From assembly GCF_006345805.1 (NCBI RefSeq), contig NC_042999.1, positions 90,396,001-90,460,000 on the forward strand: a DNA stretch of 64,000 nt, given 5' to 3'. The notes under the pieces are model-generated. The model was not told where the DNA came from. It was given only the letters and a program-made list of their open reading frames with translations, and ran no database searches. The position numbers and the translations under genes are program-made. Shown here piece by piece: positions 25,380 to 38,359 of the stretch (the stretch's first letter is position 1; the number at the start of each line of letters is the position of its first letter). The DNA is from Octopus sinensis (lineage: Eukaryota).

Positions 25380-26600
25380 TAAATAACAACTACTAACAAT
25401 GCTGCTAAGCGAAAAATTCGACGGCCAGGAGAAATATTAAGATAAATATATTTAGCTTTAGATCACTATATACCATTTTCTACAAAGCTACACCTTCTCA
25501 TTCAGAAATCCGATCAGCAACAGTAGAAGACAGATCGAACTGGAAATAGTAGTAGGCCTATATAATGAATAAACAGCTATGATACTGTCCTCGAAGGATA
25601 CCAGTAAGAGAAATAGGTATTATTTTAGAGGTTTTAATGAAATTTTAGCGAACGTATAAATAGCAAAAAGCCAGGGACAGAGTAAAAGAAAAATAACTAA
25701 CCTGTCAGTCTGTCAATGCAATGTATGGATGGCTACGTCGTCTGTCAGGTTGGTATGCTAAGTAGTTACGTCACAGTATTGCACTGCCATCTATCGGCCG
25801 TTCGATCATATCGATAGAGGAAAAAGAAACATGCAACTAAAGCTGATCAGGAGCAGACAACTGCAGCAAAATCGATCCTCTTAATCAGGGTTTGTTGTGT
25901 GATGCGTCAGCTGCAGTGGGAGGGAGGCGGAAACAGGAGGATGGTGGGGAGGGGGGGAGAAAGAAGAAAACGAAATGAAAAAAGGTGACAGGTGAGAAGG
26001 AGAATAATAGACAGTAAAGCGGGGCAAAGATGATGTGTGGCGATGGTAGGTAGTAGGATCGAACACGCGATGTGATTCGTAGTCGCACGTGACGACTGCA
26101 CAAAGTAATTCGAGAATTCCCTGCCTGACCATCTTCGATCTATCAACAAACCCACCTTTATTTTTATATTTATATTTACACACGAAACGACAGAAAAATA
26201 TCAGAGCCGTACATTTGCGCAGACATTACATAGAAATATGCATACGTATACACATATATATCTTCTTACGTAGGTACTCACAAATACACTACAAATGTAT
26301 GTATACATAGATAAACAGACAGACAGATAGATAGATGACACACATATATCTAATTTATTCACTTGAATACGAAGATTCTTTCTTGTCTCTGCTCTGAATT
26401 TCCTGCCTTTAATGCGTTTGCTCATACATTCGTTCTCTGTTGCCTGAACGAACGCACACAAGTGGTAAACTCGGAATTGCGGCAGAGTGAATCTTCAGCT
26501 TCGAACTCTTAAATATATTTTACCTTATACTTGGGGTACTTCCCCCACTCACCGTTTGTACACTTGTGTGTATATATAAACGTATTCTCATTTATATACT
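25380..26600 (-). promoter_or_regulatory. MADD: CpG-enriched putative promoter region of MADD
   Basis: Unique, non-repeat sequence visibly richer in CpG than the background; E-box CACGTG at 26086-26091 and TATCGATA at 25809-25816; lies upstream of the MADD coding exon on the minus strand. Confidence 0.6.
25702..26140 (-). other. MADD: Putative non-coding first exon of MADD (5' end uncertain)
   Basis: Minus-strand donor GACAG|GTTAGT with intron starting at 25701, near the downstream edge of the CpG-rich block; no credible ORF. Confidence 0.5.
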
Positions 26601-26911
26601 TTTTTGTTGTTTCTAGAAGTTGTCATTTAGGAAATGATTATTTGCCGTCATGAGAGGGTAATTTTTGGAAGAGATTCTCCAAGTCATAGGAAAAGAAAAG
26701 TGTATTCCCCCCACCGCAGTATTCTAGTGTCATACAACGAAATTTGTGACTGAAAACAGTTTGTTTTCTAAGCATTTTAATTTAATTTTCTTTTCTTTCT
26801 TCTTTTTTTTCCACACTTTTACCTCCTTTTGTATCTTTTTTTTTCTTCTTCCCAATGAGATTTCGCAGATCGATTTTTCAGAAACTCCACCGTAATTTCA
26901 ATTAATAGTTT

Positions 26912-27085
26912 CTAATTTTGTCACAAGGCCAGCAGTTTTAGGGAAGGGGTAAATCGATGTCATCGACCCCAATATTCGATTGGTACTTATTTTATCAGAA
27001 AGAATGATAGGCAAAGTCGATCTCGGCGGAATTTGAAATCAGAACATAAAGAGGTGCTAACAATTCCTCAACCTCGCCACCCTCG
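26912..27085 (-). mobile_element. SINE family B copy
   Basis: Reverse-complement match: TGGTACTTATTTTATC..GGCAAAGTCGATCTCGGCGGAATTTGAA. Confidence 0.8.
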
Positions 27086-28059
27086 CAATTTCAAATAATA
27101 TAAACATTAGTTAACTACATCAAATATGTCAGAAACCACTTTACTGTTACAAGGAAAAGAAAACCAATGAATGACCATGTAGAATTTCATTCCCTGACTC
27201 TATATGCTGGGAATGATATGTATATATAACAGGTCCGCTACAGATAACATCATCAACATTCTCTCGATGGCGCCATAACGTTTCTATCCTAGCATCATGT
27301 GCAGGATCAGAGTTCAACCTTAATTATGTTTTGTACAAAGCAATGATAGAACATTGATTATCATAGGTCTGCTCCATCAAAGATGACCTGGAGGCTAAAT
27401 GACATTGGTTCCATAAGTATAATAATTATCGTTTTAACGTCCGCTTTTCCATGCTTGCATGGGTCGGATGGAATTTGTTGAATGCCCTTTCTGACGCCAA
27501 TCTTCACCTGTTTCCAAGTATGGTGAAATTTCCTCATGACCAGACGTTTTCATAAAGGAACAGAAACAGAGGACTGCATCTGCATAAAGGTGACACTTAT
27601 TTACAACTAACCCGTGATGTCAAGGCAAGGAGATAGTAACACACACACACACACAAATAAATACACACACTCATAATTTAATTCGTCCTTAGTCGAAAGA
27701 CACCTGTTGTTATGTCCTGTTGTTATTTTTATTGTATTTTTTATTGCATTTATATTTGTGTAACATTGTCCGTTTTTTCCGTCCTTGTTTTTGTATACAT
27801 TCGCTGCTTTCTTCCAAGGAATCTAATGCTTTTAGCATAGTTTTTCCTTGGGGCTGACCAGATTGGAGCAATCTCAAGAATAATCAGCCGAAATTGCAAG
27901 AATAATCTGGTGTTTGACTGAAGAAAGACAACTTCGAATGACCCGTCCTTGTTTTCTTTGTATCGTCTATCTGTTTGTTTTGTCCCTTTTTGCATCACTT
28001 AGCTGTCTGGATGGTATGCGTTCTTGTCCCATTTTGTATTTATATATGTATATAAAAAA

Positions 28060-28342
28060 GCACCATCCGAACGTGGCCGATGCCAGCGCCGCCTAGACTG
28101 GCTTCTGTGTCAGTGGCATGTAAAAAGCACCAACCGATCGTGGCCACTGCCAGCCTCCCCTGGCACCTGTGCCAGTGGCACGTAAAAAGCACCCACTACA
28201 CTCACGGAGTGGTTGGTGTTAGGAAGGGCATCCAGCAGTAGAAACACTGCCAGATCAGACTGGAGCCTGGTGCAGCCTCCTGGCTTCCCAGACCCCAGTC
28301 GAACCCGTGCTAGCACAGAAAACGGACGTTAAATGATGATGA
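28060..28342 (+). mobile_element. Relatively young RTE-type 3' UTR fragment
   Basis: CpG-retaining copy: TGCCAGTGGCACGTAAAAAGCACCCACTACACTCACGGAGTGGTTGG..GGACGTTAAATGATGATGAT. Confidence 0.85.
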
Positions 28343-28643
28343 TATATATACAATGGAATTCCTTCAGTTCCCCCTACCAAATTTATAAGTGCCATGCATT
28401 TCTGGCATCCCATCTTTGCACTATGTTTTCACTTATTTGGGTGTCTAGGGAAGGTTTCAAAGGCTAGACCCATAGTTAAAAACAGAATAAAAAACTTTAA
28501 ACTGTTAAATCAAAAGATATTAAAATGAAAATCATAGAGAAACTGCACTGGTATTATAGAAAGTTTGCAATTGCAATGGTTATTAATTGATGGTGTAGAA
28601 ACATGTGTAGGTCTATATGAAGCTGTATATATATGTGTGTGTG

Positions 28644-28712
<69 letters not shown>

Positions 28713-29227
28713 GAATTAAAGGTAATGCTAATGTTACTTTGTAATAATCCTTATTATTACTATTATTATTATATATGTGTGTGTGTATTCTGACAAAGCC
28801 CTCTGGCCTCTGTTCTTGTCAAACTGTCCAACCCACACCAGCATGGAAAAGAGGATGTTAAATGATGATGATATATGTATATGTGTGTGTGTGTGCATAT
28901 ATATGAGGGAGACAAATTGTGGACACATGGTATTTCAAATGAGAAATACATATAGCCGTTTAAATATTGAAGCACAATCAGAATGTTTTCTTAATTTACT
29001 TGTCTTTAGAAATCTTAGTGAAGGAGTTGTTAACTGCAATATTAGGACTAATTAAATATAGTATTTCTGAGGAATTACTTCAATGTCTTTATTGTTATTT
29101 TTACTATTTAATGTTCTATCACACTGATTTATTTAAACTAAACAATGTTTTTGTGCTAACTATTAATAAAGTAAAACAAAACAAAAAAGAATATTTATTT
29201 AAAAAACAAACAAACAAAAACCCAGAA

Positions 29228-29493
29228 TCTCTCTATATATAAATGGCAAAATGTCTGTGTGCGTGTCCTTTATACAAATCCACAATTTTTCAGTTGGAGG
29301 GCTCGCACTTTCTATGGTCATTCAAAACCGTCCAAGGGTGGTCGTGCACATCTTTACATTTCCCCAGTCACCTCGCAAAGCCATTAAAAAATCAATAGAA
29401 GTGACTTTTTTGTGAATTTTCTATCCAACACCCAATCAAAATGCCTGAAACTTGATACGCCATTTGAATGCCGTTGCCAGGTCATAGTGCTAG
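29228..29493 (+). mobile_element. Non-autonomous Helitron (266 bp)
   Basis: Sits between A and T; 5' TCTCTCTATATATAAA..TGTCTGTGTG and 3' ..GCCAGGTCATAGTGCTAG; no TSD; subterminal hairpin is degenerate. Confidence 0.7.
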
Positions 29494-29515
29494 TCATTCT
29501 TGCAAATATTTGATA

Positions 29516-29903
29516 GGCGTAGGAGTGGCTGTGTGGTAAGTAGCTTGCTTACCAACCACATGGTCCCGGGTTTAGTCCCACTGCGTGGCACCTTGGGCAG
29601 GTGTCTTTTACTATAGCCTCGGGCCGACCAAAGCCTTGTGAGTGGATTTGGTAGATGGAAACTGAAAGAAGCCTGTCGTATATATGTATATATATATATG
29701 TATGTGTGTGTTTGTGTGTCTGTGTTTGTCCCCCCAACATCACTTGACAACTGATGCTGGTGTGTTTACGTCCCCGTAACTTAGCGGTTCGGCAAAAGAG
29801 ACCGATAGAATAAGTACTAGGCTTCCAAAGAATAAGTCCTAAAAAGGCGGTGCTCCAGCATGGCCGCAGTCAAATGACTGAAACAAGTAAAAGAGTAAAA
29901 GAG
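29516..29903 (+). mobile_element. tRNA-derived SINE family A, near full length
   Basis: A-box GGCTGTGTGG, B-box-like GGTTTAGTCCC, internal (TA)n(TG)n tract, (GTAAAAGA)n tail. Confidence 0.9.
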
Positions 29904-31040
29904 TCAAAATGTATATACTACTGCATATACATAGAACAAAATAAATTGGATTGTTTTGTTTTAGTTTTGTGAAATTTCTATTTGAGAATTTAAAGTAAAA
30001 GACAATCATTTGTTATTCTGGGTTTTGTGTAAATCATGACTAACAATAAAAATAAAAAATAAAAATAAACCCTAGCATTTTCATTTCAAGAAGTTTGGAA
30101 ATTCTTGAAGCTTTTGATATTTTGGAAGAAAAAAATGAAATTGCTATAATCCTAAGACAGCTGATTAGAGCATAATTTGTTTATTTTTTCATTATAAGTT
30201 TAATGTATTTTTATCATTTGTACCCATTCCTCACATTTATGTCTGCTAATGAACACACCCATATATTCTCATGTTTGTTTTGTCTGTAACTGGTGTAACC
30301 CCCTTTTCTTTCTTTTCTCTTGTTTCCCCTGTCACTTTCTTCTTTGATTTCTTCCATTGCCAGCTAGCCACTTCCTACTTCTTTTGTGATCAGTGATCTT
30401 TCTTTTATATTTCAGATCCTCTAGCAAGCACATATATTCTTTTTTCATCTATTATTTTGCTCAAGGACTTTGTCCATCATTTATTATGCATTTTGTTTCT
30501 CTTTTGCATTGCACTTGTACTATTGCTTTGTGTCCATTTGTTTTGTTATATTTGCTTGGTAATGTTTCATTTCTATCATAAAACATTTTTGTACCTTGTC
30601 TCCATTATATCTATTGCTTAACAATCATATCCAATGGTTGTTGACTTTCCTAGGGTATGCAGTTCTGTCTGAGGTGTCAACTGCTATAATCCTGAGTGAG
30701 ACAGCTGATGAAGACTTGATTTTCACTAAATGCAAGCATCTGGATAAATTTCTGTTATCTATCTGGAAAACACCAACTTCCCTCTATTAAGCATGCAGTC
30801 TCACAGACTTTAACTGTTCTCTGTCGAGTTAACTATATCAACCATTATTAATTCCCATGCTAATGAACCCAAGGGACACAACTCTTATATCTATTCTTTC
30901 CATGCCCATTTTCTTGTTCCCTTTTTCATTTACTTTTTTCTTCTAAATTCTTTCTCATTTTGCTATGTTGTAATTTGAGCCTGGCATGCTAAATTCTGTG
31001 TATAACAAATCACACACACACACACACGTACACACACACA

Positions 31041-31088
<48 letters not shown>

Positions 31089-31179
31089 GCTAGGCTTGTG
31101 GCATAATGGATTATGTGTCCGACTGTGGATCAGTATATAAGTATTAATAGATTGGACGTTAAACGATGATGATGATGAT

Positions 31180-34100
31180 GATACATACACCACAAATTTG
31201 AAACACAAACACAAATTGGCATGAGATTTATTTCCATCTGAATGAGGTAAGAACCTTGATCCACAGCCTGGAGCAAGTGAAGATGAGGAGGCACTTTGAA
31301 CCTTAGCAGTATTCATCACTGTTGGATAGATGTTATCTGATGATGATGACGATGTCTTGTGTATATTGTTATATAGACTGTAAATCAAAACAAAATATCT
31401 TACTTTTGGTGTTTTCTGTTCCTTGCTGTTATCACAACAGATTACATCAAGTAATTTTCCAGTATTTGCAGTTGTTGTAAGTTGTAATTATATTATAACA
31501 TGCTGCCACTGAGGAGTAGAAAGTGGATTTAAATGATATCTGGTTCTGTTTTGAGCAAAAGAAAATGATAAATAAATGATACATGCTGTGAAACATAGTA
31601 ATGACTGTATTTACATGAAGATAAATCAGCTGACAGTTGGATAGAAAGTTTCTAGCAAAGTATTATGTTCGTGATTTAAAGCTGGCACATTTTGTAAATG
31701 AAAAAGAAAAAAGGAAAGCATTTAATTTTCTCTTTAAATGTTGGTACTTAGCATGAATTGTCTGTATAATGACTCTTGAAAGTTACTTAAGAATCATATA
31801 AAACAGCACATAAAATACTGAAATACTGTTAAATTGACTTTTTCAAGTATCACAGAGTCAACTGTTTTACTGTGGAAGTCAAATATATCCACTCAAAATT
31901 TCATTACCCTTAACTGTGGAAGCAGTTTTATATACATATCTGTCTTTTGTGGAGAAATGTCACGTTTGAAAATATTTTTTGTTGGGATGTCAAGTTTTCT
32001 GCAAGATGACTTGCAGAAAATACTAATTCCGTTTTTGATAGATATTTAACAGCATTACTGGAATAAACATGAAATTAAATTTTGCACTGAAAGGATAAAC
32101 AAATCCTTATGATCAACCTACAGAACACAGTTTTGAGTTAGTTTGGTTGTATAAATTTTATTTCATGTTATTAATGTTCTAAGACAAATAAAGAAAAAAG
32201 AAAAAAAATGAATGTCACAATCTCATTTTCCTATTTCAATAAACTGATAAAAACAAATGCAAATTAATTATAACTTTGTTGTTTACATATTTTCTAATTT
32301 GTTAGTCAGAGGAAGGAGCTATATTTTCAAGCCCCACTTAACTGGAAGTCAAGGATGACTGAGTAAATTTAAAATGGCTAATGTTCAGCTTGAACTATCA
32401 TAGATTTTATGGAGGAAAACAGGAAATGAGTGGGAGGGAATTTTACAGTGTGGTAGTTCTGGAGAAAATGGATCTGGTATTATATCAAACGAAGGACTTA
32501 GTTTTGAGGCTGAGACATACCCCAGGCAACTAGTGGAGAAATAGGGGCAGTGAACATATCTAAGTGAAGTTAGTACATAATTGGAAAATTTAGTGTAGTA
32601 TAGACTATTGTCTTGTGAAAAGAGTATGTGGGGAAAACACAGCTTGATGGTGGGTAAATGTTTGTTGAAGTTTGGTGATTAATATCTTGCTAGTCAGATG
32701 AAGGGTATTTCTTCTAAAGTTTAATGTATCTGCATGAATAGTGTAGAGCATATTTGTACTTTGTATATATTATTAGTTACAGCTGAATGTTAATTACTTT
32801 CTGGCCTTGAAAAGGAATTTCCATAATTGAAACCCAATCTTGGTTATATGAAAGATCATCAAACATTGTGTCATGTTGTTGTAACTGTACAATACAATGT
32901 TTATTTAATGACAACCCTTATTTGTTGATGACATCATGGTGATTAGCATAATCATTCTAGTAACTACTCACTAAAATTCATTAATGTAAACCAACATTAA
33001 AGGGTTTATCCTTGTAAAACTGTAGCCATATGTTATCCTGTACCTCCGGAAGTCTTATTCAAATAACTACGCAAGCATTCTGATATTAAACTGGTAGTCA
33101 CGTTAATCATGTAACCATCAAGCTGAGTCACAAGATATGATAGGCATGTTCAAAGCATGCAATGCTACAATATTATTTGCATAATGGTAATATCACCTGC
33201 AAATGAATTGTTTTAACCCCTTTCCTTATTTGAGAACTATAACTAATATCATTTGCAATGTTTGTTCCTGTCTCAATTATCAAATCATAATTTTCATTAA
33301 TAGAAGCTAAAATATTGCTCGAAGCTTGAGTGAGTGATTCTGTCTGTTCACTATTAATATTTGTATTGTTTATTTGACTTAACTAATATAACCTGTTCAC
33401 CCTCAATAATCTATAACTGTTCATCCAGATCAATTGCTTTAATTATTTTGAAAATCTTTTTTCAATATACCTAAAGAATATTATCCTTCACAGTCTCCAA
33501 TTTTGTATTTTCAATTTTTATAACATCACTTTCTACAAAATAGATGAAAAACCAAAAAAAAATCATCTTCAGCATCATCATTGTCATCGCCATCATCATC
33601 GTCGTCGTCGTATTTATCCAAACCAACATTATTAATAAATTCAAGTTGAGATTATGTATTGTTTGATATTTTTAGATCTTTTTATTTCAGAGATTTCATA
33701 ATCAAATGCTGTTATGTATTATTCTTATCATGTAATAAATGAAGATATTACTCTCAGTAACCCACAATTGTTGTTAAAAAATAAAGGAGATTCATCATTT
33801 CTTCTGCATTGATACCAAACAACAAGAACTGCAGTTTCATTAGATACTTTTAATAGTGGTAAACATTTGTCTACCCATCAAAGCAGATGAATTAAGAAGT
33901 CTGCTTGAATGAGGGACTGTTCTATAATTCAAAAGTATGCAGCTCAAAATTTACTAGGTGAATATGTTTTCAATCCTATTTTAATACCAGTCATCTTTTT
34001 GCAGCAATCCCATTTCAAACAGAATGATATGGAAGTGCTTACATTCAATTTAAGTAATTTACATGAATTATAACCATGAAATTCATAGGCATGAGACACC

Positions 34101-37100
34101 ATTTTTTATGAAATACTGTTTCTGAAAAACACAAGCTCTTAATATATGCCTAGCCTTTTCTCCTTCCTTCTTCATCACTTTTGTTATTTTTAGTCACTCA
34201 GAGAGTGCATGAACAATTATTAAGAACAATCCTGATACTTCATCACCCCTGTTTTTATTTTTCAGCTCCATCAGATTGCTCCTACTTTCTCCTCTATAAT
34301 GTGAATAATCTTGTAATTCCTCTACACTAAGAAACCTGTTCTGCTTCTGGCCCTTTCTCTAATGCTTTACTCCTCTCTACTCCTTATCTCCTAGCATAAA
34401 TCTCCCTGTAAAGTTGGTGTTAGTAGTTTTGCAAGCTGCATAGTGACCTCACTAGGATGGTGGGTGGGGGAATAGAAAGACATCCAGAACATGTTGTAAA
34501 GGGGTTGGTGTTAAGAAGGGCATCCAGCCATAGATATCATGCCAAAGCAGACACTGGAGCATGATACAGTCCTTGGGTTCATTTGATTCTATCAAGCTGT
34601 CCAAATCATCCTAGCATGGAATGTTGGACATTAAATATTGATAATTAATCTTAAATTTTAGACATGTACATTATTCTTATGCATGTGTAGCCATGTTTTA
34701 ATGCCTTCAGATCAGATTATGTGTATGAGACCACTTTTGTTTTACATTATTTATAATCGACAGATAGGTATCCTCATCTTGTTTGTTGTTATCACAACGT
34801 TTCAGCTGATGTACTCTCTAGCCTTCATCAGGTGTTCTGGCGGAGTTTTGAACCCAACCCATAGAAGAGAATATGACCAAAAACTGTGTGTACTCTATCT
34901 CGTGCAGTTGTGGTAGGTTATACAAAGGTGAAACATGCCACCCCTTTAAAGTAAGGGTAGAGGAACAGCATAAAGCTGTGATACGAGGAGATGTTGGAAA
35001 ATCAGGTATAGCCAATCATGTATGGAAAAATGGAGACCACCTCCTGTTGTGGGATGAAGTTAAAATAATCAACAGGAAACTCCACTAGAAAATACGAAAA
35101 CTGAAAGAAGCTGCACATATGCTAGGATACAATAACCTCCTAAGCAGACTCAGTGCAAATGTGAATATAATATGGGAAGCAGTATTAAGAAAAGATAAAA
35201 TACTTGGTTTAGAAGCCCTGAAATTCACACTATAATTGCCCATGGATGTATAGCGTAGTGGATAAGAGCATGGGCTACTAATCCCTGGATTGTAAGTTCA
35301 ATTCCAGGCAGGTACTTGAAAAATAATATCAACAGAAAAATAACATCAGCAACATACTTTAGGAATGAGAACAGCATATTCCATTAGTCAAACAAAGGGT
35401 TGGGTTCAAAATTCTACCAGAACACCTGATGAAGGCTGGAGAGTACACCAGTCAAAATATGATAACAACAAACAAGATGAGGACACATATCCGTCCATTG
35501 TAAATAATGTACATAATTCCTCATCTCAAAAATATAGAATAGTGTTAACGTTTGTTTTACCCTAGCACACATTGGACATCTTGCATATTGCTCCACATAT
35601 TTACTATATTCTGGCTACAGTGGTTCTAATTTCAATTGGTTCCTTGTTGCCTTTGAATTACAATGTATGTCATCATGTTTAGTTCTTATTGTAAATGTCT
35701 CAAGTTGGTGGAAAACAATTAATTCTTCAATTGCAAGATGTTACCTTCAGCTGTTAAGTTATTTTTCAATGACTTAGACAATCTTTCAACAATAGAATTG
35801 CTTGAATTACTATCAAAAACCCTTTTTAATATTCCAGATAAAATATAACTGTTTGTAATCACCGGTTCTGTATTTTCATTTTTTTTTTTTATATAACAAT
35901 AGTTTCTACAAAACAAAAAAGAAATCACTACACCCCCACGACTACGACGATGACGACGACAACGACAACCACCACTGCTACCACTACTACATCATCTTCA
36001 TCATCATCATCGTCATCATCAACAACAACAACAAAATCTCTTTTAGCTTTTCAGACTGAATGAGACAAGATGAAACAAATACAAAAACTAACTACATTTT
36101 AACAAATGTTCAACGAGAATAGATTTCAAAGATTTTGATTTACTTTAGCCATAGTAGTTGGTTGATTATAAATGAATTAATTATTCATTATTGCAGTATT
36201 TTCATTAATAAACATACTAAATAAAAGATTAAGGTTATTCATATCAATAATATAAATAGCAAATCTCATAGTTATAAAAGTCTTCAGTTAAACCATCATT
36301 AGTAGATTTATTCAATAACAACCTGAATGTTTCAATTAAGAAATTGAAGTGGATGAAGAGAAACTCAGACACATTTCTTTTCAATACTTAGACACCTGCT
36401 TCACTCCTTCAGCCAAAATGATTGGACTCAGTTCTATAAATATTGAATACTGTATGAAGATCTTTGCAACCAAATCAAAAGGTTTTGTATGAAATTAAAT
36501 ACTTGAAATTTCGTTTTTGCTGTATGCCATATGCTGTAAATCATAAAAGTGAATCATATATTTTGATAATATATACATTCAGAATATTGCTTGCTCCATC
36601 AAACAAATGAAAACATGCTGCCAAAGTACTGAAGAGCTTTGATATGCCAATACAAGCCTATCAGATGCCTTAATACTCACTTTTGCATAACTTTTGATAC
36701 AACCTTTGTTACTTCCAATTGTGATAAAGCATCAAACATATGATATTTCAGGTCTTTTTGCATTTGATATTTCATAATCAAATGCTATTATTTACAATGT
36801 CTATCTTATAATACTTTCAGTAAAGCACAACTGTTGCTGACATCACCTTCTTGTGGCTTATAATCTGAGGTCAGTTTAAATTTTTTATCCAAATAGAAAA
36901 CGCTTTCCAAGTGCACCATACAATTGCCTAGGCTTCTTTTAAATACTGGAATATTTGTGGTTCAATTGTACATAAATATAATACAGGATAGCTATCTTGT
37001 GAAAATATTCCAGATATAGTCACTTCTCTAAATACTTAAACAAACAGAAAATGAAAGTCTTTGCATTCTTAATTAATTAATATTAATATGGTACATTGAA

Positions 37101-37330
37101 TCCAGTAGGTACATGTTGAAGTCAATAATGTTGTTGCACAGGATGTACAGTATATATCTGAGTAAAGTAGTTACATAGATTTCTTTACCTGTGAAGGTCT
37201 TATTCAATTGAATATCCAAACTTTATCATCATACTGGTAGCTATGTTAAATAGTTTCAATTACATGACTTTAAGCTGAGTTCAAGATATAGTAAGCATGT
37301 AAAATGTATACATTGTTACAATATTGCTAT
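31180..37330 (-). pseudogene. Possible heavily decayed multi-exon gene relic with duplicated Cys-containing modules and GAIN/GPS-like segments (adhesion GPCR or polycystin-like)
   Basis: Two diverged paralogous pairs (33040-33180 vs 37185-37330; 33690-33830 vs 36765-36870), residual splice sites, and peptides SIVERLSKSLKNNLT, ASHLAENLTSQ, SGYI*LP, GC..GNKSHANLCLC. Stops in all frames; family assignment is a guess by eye. Confidence 0.3.
34741..35530 (+). mobile_element. Penelope-like element fragment: GIY-YIG endonuclease between inverted pseudo-LTR pieces
   Basis: NCVYSISCSCGRLYKGETCHPFKVRVEEQHKA..KSGIANHVW..WDEVKII..RKLKEAAHM (34873-~35125); 34741-34860 is an inverted copy of 35397-35516, both with hammerhead cores. 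Confidence 0.88.
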
Positions 37331-38359
37331 CACAGAGTGCAAAGCCTAGATCAAGAAGGCATATATTGATTTTTGTTGAATGTTGTTTATGATAATGGGT
37401 TCTGTTTCGCAGGGGTGTATACTCATGGTATTGTTCTGTTGAATGACTCCAAACTATCAAGGATCATTTATAAGGACTGTATCTTGTGTAGTGGAAAGGG
37501 ATGAGGTTGTGCATGTTTAGATGTTATAAGAAGTAGATTGTTCATGTTGAGAGAGAAGAGTTGAAGAAAAATAACAAAGTTATACATATCTCCAAAGTGA
37601 TAATGAGGATCAGAAAGTGCCTCTCAGCAACAAATGGTGAAACATTCTGAGAGGATGGTTCCAGTCTACAGCTGAACAGTTTTGTCAGAAGCATCTCATA
37701 TCACACATGATGAAAGCCTTTGGCGATGTTAAAACTAACAGTTTTACTTTGGCTGAAGTAGTTTTGTAAGAAACAGACACTGATGGGTGATATAAGATCT
37801 TTTCTCATTTACATGTGGTTACTGTAAATGAGAAGATATATAACGAAGATGATTCTTGGAAAGTGCTTTCTTAATGACAACCAGTAACACTCATATATAT
37901 TTACAATGTCTGTTAATGTGTTTATATGTCTACAGATATATGCATGTGTGCATGTAGGTGTATACATATACATATGTGTGTGTGTCTGTGTATGTACATG
38001 CAGATATACATGTATACACCTGCAGACATATAAATACATTAACACCTGTCTTAACTATATGTGCTACTATATCAAATGTAATTTTGATGTATTATATCAA
38101 TGAACGCCAAAAGTAAAACGGCAATGTAAGATGTTAGACTATCAGCTTGGAACTCATTAATTCATATCCATGGCATATGTTTTGATAACTCTCTACAAGA
38201 TATTTAATTTTCTCTCAGATCACCTTAGAAAAACATTACCTGGTACTTGGAAAATATCATCTAAATGAGACTGAACAGATAGTATATATAATAGCTAAAT
38301 ATTCAGTTATTAGGATTTTGATGTCAGCTTTACCTTTCATATATCAAGAGTCATATATA

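Noticed and set aside
25881-26183. Overlapping ORFs in the CpG-rich block
   Set aside because: Low-complexity Pro/Ser/Phe translations of a pyrimidine tract; more consistent with promoter or 5' UTR.
35242-35312. tRNA-like sequence (TAGCGTAGTGGATAAG..GTTCAATTCC)
   Set aside because: No pairing acceptor stem; best read as a SINE head inserted in the Penelope fragment. SINE family A heads were rejected as tRNAs for the same reason.
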